Assembly (NCBI GenBank): GCA_043805415.1
Contig: JAZDHZ010000045.1
Coordinates: forward strand, 26,490 to 90,489
Source: Candidatus Omnitrophota bacterium
Lineage (GTDB): Bacteria > Omnitrophota > Gorgyraeia > B26-G9
DNA length: 64,000 nt
Direction of reading: 5' to 3'
The first letter of the stretch is position 1. Each line of letters opens with the position of its first letter. A model generated the notes under the pieces. The model was given only the letters and a program-made list of their open reading frames with translations. It made no database searches and had not been told where the DNA came from. Positions 40,360 to 50,073 of the stretch are shown piece by piece. The position numbers were made by a program, and so were the translations under genes.

Positions 40360-42426
40360 ATGCTCAATCTTAGTTTTAAAAAAATATCAACTATATTATT
40401 ATTTTCACTGTGTGTTATGATTTGTGCTGCTGTGTGTTTCGCGGACACGCAAGATGATTATCTGCAGTATTTATATCGGGGGCGGGTTTTCTTTAACCAG
40501 GGCCTTTATGATCAAGCGCTTTTAGAATATGAAAAAGCAAGTATCCTATTTCCTGATTCAAAACAAGCGCTTTTAAATCAAGCGATTATCTATAAAGATA
40601 TAGCGGATTATCCAAGCGCGATCAATATCTATAAAAAGCTATTAAAAATATCTCCGGATAAAATAATATATAAGAATCTAGGCGAAATCTATTATTTGAA
40701 CTCACAGCCCGACCATGCGATTACTGCTTTTGCTAAATCAATAAAAATGGGCAGTAAAAATAGTTTAATTTATTTTTGGATCGCCAAGGCTTATGAGGAT
40801 AAACAAGATGCGGATAATGCGATTTGGGCGTATGAACAGGCATTAGCGCTTGATCAAGAATTTGCCCTTGCGCATTTTGGCTTGGGCATGATTTATAAAC
40901 AAAAGAATGTCTGGCAAAAAGCGCAGGAAGAGTTTGATAAAGCAAAAGAGCTTGATCCAAGTATTAAGGAAATCAATTCTTATTTAGGGCTAATGTATCT
41001 TGCTCAGGATAATTATGATCAGGCGCTAACTTTATATAAAAAGGCATTGGCTGCTGATCCGGAGAATAAAGACATTCAAAAACAGATTGATATTATTTTA
41101 AAAAAGGCAGGCAAGGATTTAAGCCAAAAGCTTGGAAAAAGACAAGAGGATAGATTGTCAGCGAGTTTAGCTAAAATAGTTAGCGCGAAACAAGTACCTG
41201 CTGCTCCAATTGTCCGGGTAAAGATAGGGGATGTTAAGAGGATACGTTTTAAATCCGCGGTAGATTTTAAAATCAAAACAGCAGCGGCAAGCGAACATGA
41301 GGATTATCAGGGATACAAGGATACACTTTATACAATTGAAAAGGACTCCAATGCGATTGGTGTTTTAAGAGATGATAAAAAGATTACAGAGTTTACACAA
41401 GATATTGTAATAGATAATGCTAATGATAAGGCAACAATCCTTATTTTTGATGTAGAGGCAGGCGCGGGTAATTATTGGGCAAGTAAGACAGATCGGATTT
41501 ATCGCGGTAAAGTGGAAGTTGGTTTAAATGATACAATTTATTTAAGTCTAATAAACATTATAAATATGGAAGACTATCTTTACGGTGTTTTACCTAGTGA
41601 AATGCCTGATGATTGGCCAATGGAAGCGCTTAAAGCACAGGCCATAGCAGCGCGAAGTGAAGCATATCGAAAAATGGGACGGCATAAGGATCAGGGTTTT
41701 GATTTTTGTTCTGAAGTCCATTGTCAATCCTATAGCGGTGCTAAGGTTGAGACAGCGAGGACAAACTCCGCGGTAGATGCGACAATCGGCATGGTAGCAA
41801 CATACAATGGTAGACCAATAGATGCGGTGTATTCTAATAGCTGCGGCGGACATACTCAGGGCAATATATTTGGCGACCGCACGTTTATTGACTACTGGCA
41901 GCCCAAACAGGATTCTTTTGAGCCAACAGGCTTTTATTTTCCAATTTCTCCCTTAGAGCTTGAGGACTGGTTATGGTCTTATCAAATTCCGGTTTTTTGT
42001 AATAATGAAAAATTTTCCCGAAGAAGTAATTTTCGCTGGATGCGGCAATATACTCACAAGCAAGTAGAAGATTTAATTAATAAAAAAATGAATATTGGTA
42101 AATTATTGGAAATTATTATTTTAGAGCGCAATCCCTCTTCACATGTTCATAAAATTAAAATTATTGGTACTAAAGGTGAGTTTATTGTTGAAAAGGAGCT
42201 TAATATTCGTAATTTGCTGGGTAATCTACGCAGCGCTATGTTTAATATCAATGTGAAATTAGACAAAAAAGCTAAGCCAGAAGAGTTTATTTTTTATGGG
42301 GGAGGCTGGGGGCATGGAGTTGGTCTGTGCCAGGTGGGAGCAGCTTCCATGGCAGATCAAGGTGTTAACTATGACCAAATTCTAAAGTTTTATTTTAGCG
42401 GTATTGAAATAGAAAAATTATATTAA
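40360..42426 (+). CDS. TPR plus SpoIID/LytB lytic transglycosylase-like protein
   Basis: Signal peptide; TPR array; YRG, YLYGVLPSEM, ALKAQAIAARS and GWGHGVGLCQ.GA. Confidence 0.92.
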   Translation: MLNLSFKKISTILLFSLCVMICAAVCFADTQDDYLQYLYRGRVFFNQGLYDQALLEYEKASILFPDSKQALLNQAIIYKDIADYPSAINIYKKLLKISPDKIIYKNLGEIYYLNSQPDHAITAFAKSIKMGSKNSLIYFWIAKAYEDKQDADNAIWAYEQALALDQEFALAHFGLGMIYKQKNVWQKAQEEFDKAKELDPSIKEINSYLGLMYLAQDNYDQALTLYKKALAADPENKDIQKQIDIILKKAGKDLSQKLGKRQEDRLSASLAKIVSAKQVPAAPIVRVKIGDVKRIRFKSAVDFKIKTAAASEHEDYQGYKDTLYTIEKDSNAIGVLRDDKKITEFTQDIVIDNANDKATILIFDVEAGAGNYWASKTDRIYRGKVEVGLNDTIYLSLINIINMEDYLYGVLPSEMPDDWPMEALKAQAIAARSEAYRKMGRHKDQGFDFCSEVHCQSYSGAKVETARTNSAVDATIGMVATYNGRPIDAVYSNSCGGHTQGNIFGDRTFIDYWQPKQDSFEPTGFYFPISPLELEDWLWSYQIPVFCNNEKFSRRSNFRWMRQYTHKQVEDLINKKMNIGKLLEIIILERNPSSHVHKIKIIGTKGEFIVEKELNIRNLLGNLRSAMFNINVKLDKKAKPEEFIFYGGGWGHGVGLCQVGAASMADQGVNYDQILKFYFSGIEIEKLY

Positions 42427-42532
42427 AAATGCATAAAATGCAGCTATTTGGATTTTGCAGTGATTGTGCTCAGGCAGCAAATAAAAATGATAATGCTTGA
42501 TCCTGTGAGGTTGAATATCGCATTAGGAGAAT

Positions 42533-42772
42533 ATGAAAAAAATTAATTTAATTAAAATGAAAAAAGGACAAAAGGGAATAATCGCGCATATTGACGGAGG
42601 CAGCGGTTTAGAAAAACGCCTGGCTGTCATGGGGATAAGCATGGAAAAGACAATTACCAAATTAAGTGCTTTTGTTATGCAAGGGCCTGTGGCGATTAAA
42701 TCCGGCAGAACAGTCATTGCTTTGGGTCATGGGATGGCATCAAGAATATGGATAAACTTAATCGAACAATAA
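42533..42772 (+). CDS. feoA: Ferrous iron transport protein A
   Basis: RL..MGI, GP and IALG..MA..I; directly upstream of feoB. Confidence 0.9.
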   Translation: MKKINLIKMKKGQKGIIAHIDGGSGLEKRLAVMGISMEKTITKLSAFVMQGPVAIKSGRTVIALGHGMASRIWINLIEQ

Positions 42773-44481
42773 AAAAAGTTGCTTTGATCGGCAATCCGAA
42801 TGTAGGCAAAAGTGTATTGTTTTCCCGGCTTACAGGTGTGCGGGTTATTGTGTCTAATTATCCCGGGACAACAGTGGAATTTCTTGAAGGAAAAATGGCT
42901 GTTGCTAGCGGCTTTGTGGAAGTAATTGATCTTCCTGGTACTTATAGTCTTGAACCATCTGTTCCCGCGGAAGAAGTAGCAATCAAAATGCTTAAAGACG
43001 CAGATATTATTATTAATGTTCTGGACTCGACTAATCTTGAACGTAACTTATATCTGACAATGGAGCTGCTGGAAACAAAACATCCGATGATTATTGCTTT
43101 GAATATGCACGATGAATTAAAACATCATGGAATCAGCATTAACGCGAAAGAATTAGAAAATCTCTTAAAAGTAAAAGTTATTCCAACTAGCGGGGTAACC
43201 GGGCTGGGGATTAGAGAATTAAAACAGTCTTTAGCTGAGGCAAATCCAGGGAATGTGAAACCGCGGACACATCAGCAGCGCTGGGAGCAGATTGGAACAG
43301 TTATTGATAAAGTTCAACATCTGACACACAGACATCATACTTTTTTTGAAATCCTGGAAGATGCTTCAGTCAATCACTGGTGGGGAACGGTTATTGCGCT
43401 GGGAGTTCTTATTACTTGTTTTGAAATTGTCAGGTTTATTGGAGAGGGATTGATAAATCATGTAATGAATCCGATCTTTAAATCAGTTTATGAGCCATGG
43501 CTTATGTCATTAAGTGCCGCGCTTGGCGCTAATGGATTTTTACATAATATCTTAATCGGACGGTTGATTGACGGGCAAATTGATTTTCAGCAATCAATGG
43601 GTATTTTAACCACAGCGCCTTATGTGGAGTTGGTGATGGTTTTGCCGTATGTGCTGTCCTTTTATTTATTGCTCAGTTTTTTAGAAGATAGCGGATATAT
43701 TCCGCGTTTAGCGCTTTTGCTGGATAATATTATGCATAAAATAGGCTTGCATGGATTTGCTATAATCCCGGTTTTGCTCGGCTTTGGCTGCAATGTTCCT
43801 GGGATATTAGCAACCCGGGTATTAGAAAGTAAGCGGGAAAGGTTTATTGCTTCTACTTTGATTTCGATTGGGGTGCCTTGCGCGGCATTACAGGCAATGA
43901 TTATTGGGATTCTCGGCGGATATGGAGGCAAATATGTTGTTTTTGTTTACGGAGTGCTGTTTATTGTCCTGATGTTTATTGGAGCGGCAATGAACTATTT
44001 TTTAAAAGGATATAGCCCTGAGCTGTTTATTGAAATACCGCCATATCGCTTGCCTTCGCTTAAGCTGTTAATAAAGAAAGTGATATTAAGGATCAAAGGT
44101 TTTCTTGTTGAAGCAATGCCGGTTGTTTTAGCCAGTGTGTTTGTGCTTAATTTACTTCAGCAAATGAAGCTGTTTGAGATTATCTCTAAGTTATTTGAAC
44201 CGGTATTAAGTTTTATTTTCGGATTGCCTAAAGAGGCAGTGTGGGTGCTGATTATTGGTTTATTGCGCAAAGATATCGCGGCAGGCATGTTGGTGCCATT
44301 GGGGCTGAGCTTAAAACAATTAATAATTGCCTGCATAGTTCTTTCTATTTCTTTTCCCTGCATTGCTACTTTTGCTATTTTTTTAAAAGAATTAGGACTT
44401 AAACGTTTAATCCAAGCAACAATGATTATGCTCGGGATTACAGTATTAGTTGGTGGTTCTCTTAATCTGATTTTACATTAG
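42748..44481 (+). CDS. feoB: Ferrous iron transporter B
   Basis: GNPNVGKS, NYPGTTVE, DLPGTYSL, LEDSGY.PR and GFGCNVP. Confidence 0.95.
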   Translation: MDKLNRTIKKVALIGNPNVGKSVLFSRLTGVRVIVSNYPGTTVEFLEGKMAVASGFVEVIDLPGTYSLEPSVPAEEVAIKMLKDADIIINVLDSTNLERNLYLTMELLETKHPMIIALNMHDELKHHGISINAKELENLLKVKVIPTSGVTGLGIRELKQSLAEANPGNVKPRTHQQRWEQIGTVIDKVQHLTHRHHTFFEILEDASVNHWWGTVIALGVLITCFEIVRFIGEGLINHVMNPIFKSVYEPWLMSLSAALGANGFLHNILIGRLIDGQIDFQQSMGILTTAPYVELVMVLPYVLSFYLLLSFLEDSGYIPRLALLLDNIMHKIGLHGFAIIPVLLGFGCNVPGILATRVLESKRERFIASTLISIGVPCAALQAMIIGILGGYGGKYVVFVYGVLFIVLMFIGAAMNYFLKGYSPELFIEIPPYRLPSLKLLIKKVILRIKGFLVEAMPVVLASVFVLNLLQQMKLFEIISKLFEPVLSFIFGLPKEAVWVLIIGLLRKDIAAGMLVPLGLSLKQLIIACIVLSISFPCIATFAIFLKELGLKRLIQATMIMLGITVLVGGSLNLILH

Positions 44482-44482
44482 G

Positions 44483-45097
44483 ATGGGTATAAAAATGGAG
44501 AAAAAATACTTTACCATGTTTAGTTTGAAAAATGTTATGCTTGTTTTGTTCACTGCATGCGCGCTGTTTAGCATAGTTACTTTGCTTATCTCAAAGGTTT
44601 ATCTGAATTCATACAAGCTTTTGCTGGAAAGAGAGCTGGTCGCGATTGTCGAATGTGATAAAACCCCTAAAGCTAATACACCTATTTTAAATATAGAGTT
44701 TTATGCAAATACTGATAAAGCTAAAAAACAAACATTTGATTTTAATGCTGATGAATGGGTTATTGAAAGTAGAATTATAAAATGGAAACCTCTGCTTGGA
44801 TTGTTTGGTATGCAGCGTTATTATAAACTTGAAAGAATAAGCAGTCGTTATCTTGATATTGAAAAAGAAAGAACTTTGCCGCGTTTAGTTTATGATATTT
44901 CTGAAAAGCCGGATAGGTTCTGGCTTTTTCTTTACAAGTATCAGAAATATTTTCCTTTTATTGAAGCTGTTTACGGAAATAGCGCGTTTATTCAATATGT
45001 GCCAAATGCGAGATATCATGTTTATATGACAGCTACAGGATTAATGATAAAGAATGTAACTTTGCAAAAGACGAAAAACTGGTGGTTTACAGGGTAG
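44483..45097 (+). CDS. Membrane-anchored hypothetical protein
   Basis: Single N-terminal TM; W....RIIKWK, Y.LERI..RY and A.YG.S in the soluble part. Confidence 0.7.
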   Translation: MGIKMEKKYFTMFSLKNVMLVLFTACALFSIVTLLISKVYLNSYKLLLERELVAIVECDKTPKANTPILNIEFYANTDKAKKQTFDFNADEWVIESRIIKWKPLLGLFGMQRYYKLERISSRYLDIEKERTLPRLVYDISEKPDRFWLFLYKYQKYFPFIEAVYGNSAFIQYVPNARYHVYMTATGLMIKNVTLQKTKNWWFTG

Positions 45098-45140
45098 TTT
45101 ATTATTTTTACAGTTTTCATTATAATTAGAGAGGTTTTAG

Positions 45141-45458
45141 ATGAAAAAGTCTTTAATCCGAGTTTGGCAGTTATTTGACAGTGAGCAGGTAAAAAAGCAA
45201 TTACTTTTAGCCGGTGAGCTTACGGCAAATTGTGAAAATTGCCAAAATTTGGGCATAGACTTTGTCTTGACAAAGAAATGTCCGCAGTGTCAAACTGAGT
45301 TTAAATATATTGGATTTAGAAATAAAAGTAATAAAGCAGAAGAACTTTCCGCGATCAAACGATTATCTGAAAAAAGACCGGATTTGATAATTATTGATTA
45401 TGAAGATATAAAACGCGCCTGCGGTAAGTCACAGGCGCGTAATTTATTAGATATTTAA
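45141..45458 (+). CDS. Hypothetical zinc-ribbon protein
   Basis: CENC...CPQC; SD GAGG. Confidence 0.7.
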   Translation: MKKSLIRVWQLFDSEQVKKQLLLAGELTANCENCQNLGIDFVLTKKCPQCQTEFKYIGFRNKSNKAEELSAIKRLSEKRPDLIIIDYEDIKRACGKSQARNLLDI

Positions 45459-45460
45459 GT

Positions 45461-45691
45461 TTAAGAAGCTTTAGTAATTTTTCCAGAGCGGATGCAGGAA
45501 GTACATACTTTGGCAGTTTTGCTTGCTCCTTTGACCGCAATCTTGATATTCTGCAGATTAGGCCGAAATACACGCTTTGTAATTCCAGTGGTTTTTCTGC
45601 CAACTCCGCCTTTTTTCTTTGCCATACCTCTTTGGGTAATTGATCGACCTGCTACCGGACCTTTACCGCATATTTCACAAACTCTAGACAC
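45461..45691 (-). CDS. rpmB: 50S ribosomal protein bL28
   Basis: GTG start after GGAGG gives MSRVCEICGK...KRVFRPNLQ...VCTSCIRS. Confidence 0.96.
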   Translation of the reverse strand: MSRVCEICGKGPVAGRSITQRGMAKKKGGVGRKTTGITKRVFRPNLQNIKIAVKGASKTAKVCTSCIRSGKITKAS

Positions 45692-45756
45692 TTTAGAATC
45701 CTCCATTTTATTTAAATAATCAAAGCTTAAATTTTTTGTTTAAGTAGTAACTTGTA

Positions 45757-45785
45757 AATATAGCATAATGAACCGGGTTTGTCAA
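45757..45785 (-). promoter_or_regulatory. rpmB promoter
   Basis: TTGACA-17 bp-TATATT with an extended -10 TG. Confidence 0.6.
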
Positions 45786-45918
45786 TTTTATTTGAAAACC
45801 AGGTTTTAAGACTGAGTATAAGCATTGTATCTTGGGTAGTATTATTTATAAGTCAAGGGGCTCTTTTAATTTCATTTGAATAGCATTTTGTGCGACACAA
45901 TTTGCGCATAGAATAAAA

Positions 45919-45947
45919 TTGCGAAATCTAAAAAAGTGTGGTATACT
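45919..45947 (+). promoter_or_regulatory. Promoter of the phosphorylase-like gene
   Basis: TTGCGA-17 bp-TATACT with an extended -10 TG. Confidence 0.55.
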
Positions 45948-45996
45948 TTCTTACCTTTTTAGAATAAGAGCTGGCGATAAAAAATAAGGAGAAGCG

Positions 45997-48723
45997 ATGA
46001 GACGAGCAAGGCTTAAAGTTATCAGCATAAGTATTATACATGTTTTGTTTATTACGTTCTGCTTGCCGAGTGGTAATTGTGAAAACATGCGTGCGGAAAA
46101 TTATACTCAAAGTGCCGCTGCATGCACAAATATGCTTTCCCCTCGACTGTTGATTCAAAACGATATTCTTCTTAAGGGTTTGGGCCAGCAATCTTCAGCG
46201 CTGCTTCTTTTGCCGGAAATAGAAAAGATTACACCCCCCTCAGGGCAGACATGGTTACAACAGCATTTTCCGACCTTTCATGCTCTTTTTAACAAACGTC
46301 CGCTTATGACGGTTTCCATGGAAGGATTTCATGAAAAATATTCCACGCAGGCATTAAATGCAAATTCAAAAGGCGGTTTAGGGGCATTTTTTGGGTGTTT
46401 GATTAGAGGGCTTAAAAAAATTGGAGTCAAGACCATTGCTTTTCAGCCGGATTTTTCAAAACGGAGGCGTCAGACTATCAGATTAAAACACGATTATGTT
46501 GTCGATCATGTCAAATCAGTTTTATCTAATCTGCATTCGCGCAATTTTCAGGACAGTGCGTATCCTGTTACTGAGTTGATCCTGCGGTTGTCTGAGAAAA
46601 ACATGCTTTCAAAGAAAAATTTTGAACAAGCGGTTATGAAAGACCTGGGATTAAAAAATGGGATTTACGCTAATGCTTTAGAACCGGACGGAAAAGAAGC
46701 TGATATTGGCAAAGAAAACATTGCTTATGTGTATACCGCGGCATTGAGTGTGTTGATTGATCATGCTACGCATGGGAATAAGATTGAGGTGGCGGAGAGG
46801 GCTGTGTCCAAGATATACAAAACGATGCATGCTAACGGCGCAATAAACGGGAAAATCGTTAACCATACATTAGTGATATTACAGTCTCTTTCACGGGAAA
46901 AACAGATAACTCTGGAACATTTTCAATTGGCAATAAAAAACGATACTTTTCTTGATGATTTTCTTACCAAAAGCGGGGTGAAATATGAGATTTTGTATTC
47001 CGCGCTGTTAAATTATTTAGCAAGAACAGCGGTAACAAAAGAACAGATAATTGTCGAAGAGCCGGTTTCGTATGATAATGAGCCTGGTGAATATTTTCGG
47101 GATGAAAGGGGAAACGAGTTTGTTGTTACTGTGGGAGGATTAGACGTTAACGATCCGGCAAAAACTCAGTACTATGATGTAAAGTTTAAACGTTATTTTG
47201 ACGGCAATGTTACTCGGATACAAATGGTCTGTCCGGAGTTATACGGCTTATTGTATAAGTCGGACGTGTTTCCCTCAGGGAAGCGTCAGCGTTTTAATGA
47301 ATACATGGTGAGTTCCTGGGCAATGTACGCGTTTCTTAAACATTTTCCTAAGTTTAATCCAGGGATTGTGCATTTCAACGAGTCTCCATTTATTCTGTTG
47401 GCCGCGCTTATGCAAGCTGATTCGCAGTTTAAAACCATTCCCTCAATTTATACAAATCATACTGTTGTCCAGGCAGGTTTGCCGACATATGATGGATCAA
47501 CCGCATCAATGGAGCGCATGTTCGAAATTATGTCCGGCGGTTATATGATTAAGGGTGATAAAGTGTCTTTCTCAATAAAAGGCGACCTTGGAGAAAAAAC
47601 AATTGAAAAAATGCGAGAAACATTCACACATAATGGGCGTATTGATTTATCGAATGCGGCAGTAAATCTGGCAGACGCGCCTAATGGGGTAAGTCCGGAA
47701 CATGCTTTGGTGACAAAGGCGCTTTTCCGTACAGCCAAAAAAATTATTGGTGTACTTAACGGGTCCAGTGATTACTGGAAAAATGAAGCATTGATTTCCT
47801 TGGAAGAACAAAAAGGCAAAGAGAATATTACGGCAGAAGAGTTAGGGAATATCCATCAGACTAATGGAAAAGATCAATTAATCAGGGACATTGAACAACG
47901 TACTGGAGTACTCCTGAATAAGAATAAACAGATTGTTTCCCTGATTCGGCGCATCTCGAATTATAAAAGCCAGTTTCCTATTCTAAAGGACATTGTCAGG
48001 GTTATATGCGCTGATCGCGGTACTAAAGTAAGAACGCGCTGGGGTGATTTGGAAGGATTAGGCCAGCAGGTTATCGTGGGAGGTTTTGCCTATTCTGGAT
48101 CTGAAGAGTCAAAATGGATTGAAGCTTTCTTGGGATGGATGAATGACCCGGATTTAAAGGACCGCTTTGTGTTTGTTCCTGATTCAGATGTGGAATTACT
48201 GAAATTGCAGGCTATTGGCTCTGATATTTGTATTAATTGTCCGTTGCCGTTTGAAGAAGCTTGCGGCACTTCGGATCAGCGTGATGCTGAAAATGGCGGA
48301 CTTAATGTTGTTATCTATGAATCCGGCGGCGGAAAAGAGTACCTTAGTCAGGTTGATAGAAAAAAAAGAACTGGAAGTGGCTGGATGATCGGAGTACCAG
48401 AGCAACCAGGAAAGCCGATGTACGAAAACGCTTGGGCCTTTTATGATCATGCGCCTAAAGCGATTTATGACGCACTCTCAGAAGCAAGTGACATTTATTA
48501 CAATGATCCTCTTCTCTGGCAACAGCTTATGCTTAATGCCTATCGAGCTTCTGAAAAAGTAACCGCTGAAGCCATGGCAATGCGCTATGTTAAAGATACT
48601 TTCGGTTTTGCCGTAGACGCGGCTCAAATACGTACGGCGATGATTATGCTTAAAGACGCGGAATTGGAATCATTTCTAAGTGATAAGAGGATTTCTTTAA
48701 CACCTATTGAACAGTCTATTTAA
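45997..48723 (+). CDS. Divergent alpha-glucan phosphorylase (GT35)-like protein with signal peptide and no PLP lysine
   Basis: SME..., KGGLG, HFNE, TNHT, NGVS..H, RRISNYK and EACGTSDQR..ENG parallel GlgP motifs; basic plus hydrophobic N-terminus. Confidence 0.78.
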   Translation: MRRARLKVISISIIHVLFITFCLPSGNCENMRAENYTQSAAACTNMLSPRLLIQNDILLKGLGQQSSALLLLPEIEKITPPSGQTWLQQHFPTFHALFNKRPLMTVSMEGFHEKYSTQALNANSKGGLGAFFGCLIRGLKKIGVKTIAFQPDFSKRRRQTIRLKHDYVVDHVKSVLSNLHSRNFQDSAYPVTELILRLSEKNMLSKKNFEQAVMKDLGLKNGIYANALEPDGKEADIGKENIAYVYTAALSVLIDHATHGNKIEVAERAVSKIYKTMHANGAINGKIVNHTLVILQSLSREKQITLEHFQLAIKNDTFLDDFLTKSGVKYEILYSALLNYLARTAVTKEQIIVEEPVSYDNEPGEYFRDERGNEFVVTVGGLDVNDPAKTQYYDVKFKRYFDGNVTRIQMVCPELYGLLYKSDVFPSGKRQRFNEYMVSSWAMYAFLKHFPKFNPGIVHFNESPFILLAALMQADSQFKTIPSIYTNHTVVQAGLPTYDGSTASMERMFEIMSGGYMIKGDKVSFSIKGDLGEKTIEKMRETFTHNGRIDLSNAAVNLADAPNGVSPEHALVTKALFRTAKKIIGVLNGSSDYWKNEALISLEEQKGKENITAEELGNIHQTNGKDQLIRDIEQRTGVLLNKNKQIVSLIRRISNYKSQFPILKDIVRVICADRGTKVRTRWGDLEGLGQQVIVGGFAYSGSEESKWIEAFLGWMNDPDLKDRFVFVPDSDVELLKLQAIGSDICINCPLPFEEACGTSDQRDAENGGLNVVIYESGGGKEYLSQVDRKKRTGSGWMIGVPEQPGKPMYENAWAFYDHAPKAIYDALSEASDIYYNDPLLWQQLMLNAYRASEKVTAEAMAMRYVKDTFGFAVDAAQIRTAMIMLKDAELESFLSDKRISLTPIEQSI

Positions 48724-48825
48724 AAGTAATATAAGTTTATAAGTGTGGTGAAATAGCTTATTCTCGTTTCTTTCCTATTATTTATTTAAACCCAATGAAT
48801 ACTACTGCTTTTTAGCAAATAATAC

Positions 48826-48841
48826 AATAATGATTATTATT
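48826..48841. promoter_or_regulatory. Fur/PerR-box-like inverted repeat
   Basis: AATAATGATTATTATT just upstream of the -35 of a Fur-family gene. Confidence 0.5.
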
Positions 48842-48853
48842 TAAAAGTAATTA

Positions 48854-48882
48854 TTGACAACCTGCTCATATTATTATAAAAT
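48854..48882 (+). promoter_or_regulatory. Sigma70 promoter, probably giving a leaderless transcript
   Basis: TTGACA-17 bp-TAAAAT; the ATG follows after 7 nt. Confidence 0.65.
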
Positions 48883-48889
48883 TAAAATC

Positions 48890-49303
48890 ATGGAAAAAGC
48901 TGTAGCTATACTCAAGCAACATAATATTCGGATTACTCCGCAAAGAATGGGAGTTTATAATATTTTATCCGCGAAAAATAAGCACTTGACTGCAGAAGAT
49001 ATATACAGGAAAATAAAGATTAACTTTCCCGCGATTTCTTTTGCTACTGTTTATACTATTTTAGAATTATATAGTAAAAAGAATCTGCTTAAGGAAATTA
49101 GGATTGATTTTAATAAGTCATGTTTTGATAGCCGAACTGATACGCATCATCATTTTTATTGTAAAAAGTGTTTAAAGATTTATGATATTAATCTGCATCC
49201 TTGTCCGGCATTAAGCGCTAAAGAAGTGGACGGGCATTTAATTCAGGAGCTGCAGGGATATTTTTACGGCATATGTTCTGAATGTAAAGGCGGCAAAATA
49301 TGA
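48890..49303 (+). CDS. Fur family regulator (PerR-like)
   Basis: RITPQR, H.TAE, S.ATVY, HHHF.C..C and G.C..C; heads an oxidative-stress cluster. Confidence 0.9.
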   Translation: MEKAVAILKQHNIRITPQRMGVYNILSAKNKHLTAEDIYRKIKINFPAISFATVYTILELYSKKNLLKEIRIDFNKSCFDSRTDTHHHFYCKKCLKIYDINLHPCPALSAKEVDGHLIQELQGYFYGICSECKGGKI

Positions 49304-50010
49304 AGTTAATCCAGGGCGTACTAACAGTAAAAATTAAGCGAACATCTACTGTGCAAAGTTTTCGTTTTAAATTAGAGGAAAAGCTTGTTTTTGAGCCAGG
49401 TCAATTTTTAAAGATTATTTTTGACCAAAATGATCTGAATAATAAAAAGTTAAATAAGTATCTTTCTTTTTCAGCTTCGCCGGAAAATGATTATATTGAG
49501 GTGACAAAAAGGCTTAGTGAAAGCGATTTTTCTAATGCGCTTAAAGCTTTAAATCCAGGGCACAAGGTGATGATGCAGGGGCCAATGGGCAATTGTGTAT
49601 TTAAGGATGATTATGCGAAAATTGGTTTTTTGGTTGGCGGTATTGGGATAACACCAGTTATTTCAATTATTGAGTATATTGTTCAACGAAAAATAAGTAC
49701 TGATATTGTATTGGTCTATTCAAACCGACACTATGGGGAAATTGCTTTTAAGAAGGAATTAGATAATTGGAAAAAGGAACATAAAGCTTTGAATATTATC
49801 TACACTTTAACTGATTGCTTACCTGAGGATAATTTGTGTATTCATGGACAGATAGATAAAAAATTAATCCAAGCGCGGGTAAAAGATCTCACGGACAGAA
49901 GACTGTTTATTTACGGACCGCCAGTAATGGTTGAGTCTATGAAACAAATATGTATTGAATCTGGATGCGTCCAAGAGCTGGTCAAAGCGGAAAATTTTGT
50001 AGGGTATTAA
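49300..50010 (+). CDS. FAD/NAD(P)-binding oxidoreductase (ferredoxin-NADP reductase-like)
   Basis: PGQF, GP.G, GGIGITP, YSNR, YGPP.MV and ENF. Confidence 0.88.
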   Translation: MKLIQGVLTVKIKRTSTVQSFRFKLEEKLVFEPGQFLKIIFDQNDLNNKKLNKYLSFSASPENDYIEVTKRLSESDFSNALKALNPGHKVMMQGPMGNCVFKDDYAKIGFLVGGIGITPVISIIEYIVQRKISTDIVLVYSNRHYGEIAFKKELDNWKKEHKALNIIYTLTDCLPEDNLCIHGQIDKKLIQARVKDLTDRRLFIYGPPVMVESMKQICIESGCVQELVKAENFVGY

Positions 50011-50073
50011 ATTTAAGTGAAGAAAATAATAATCGTCTTGGAATAAGGCACAAATGATCTAGGAGGGGTAATT

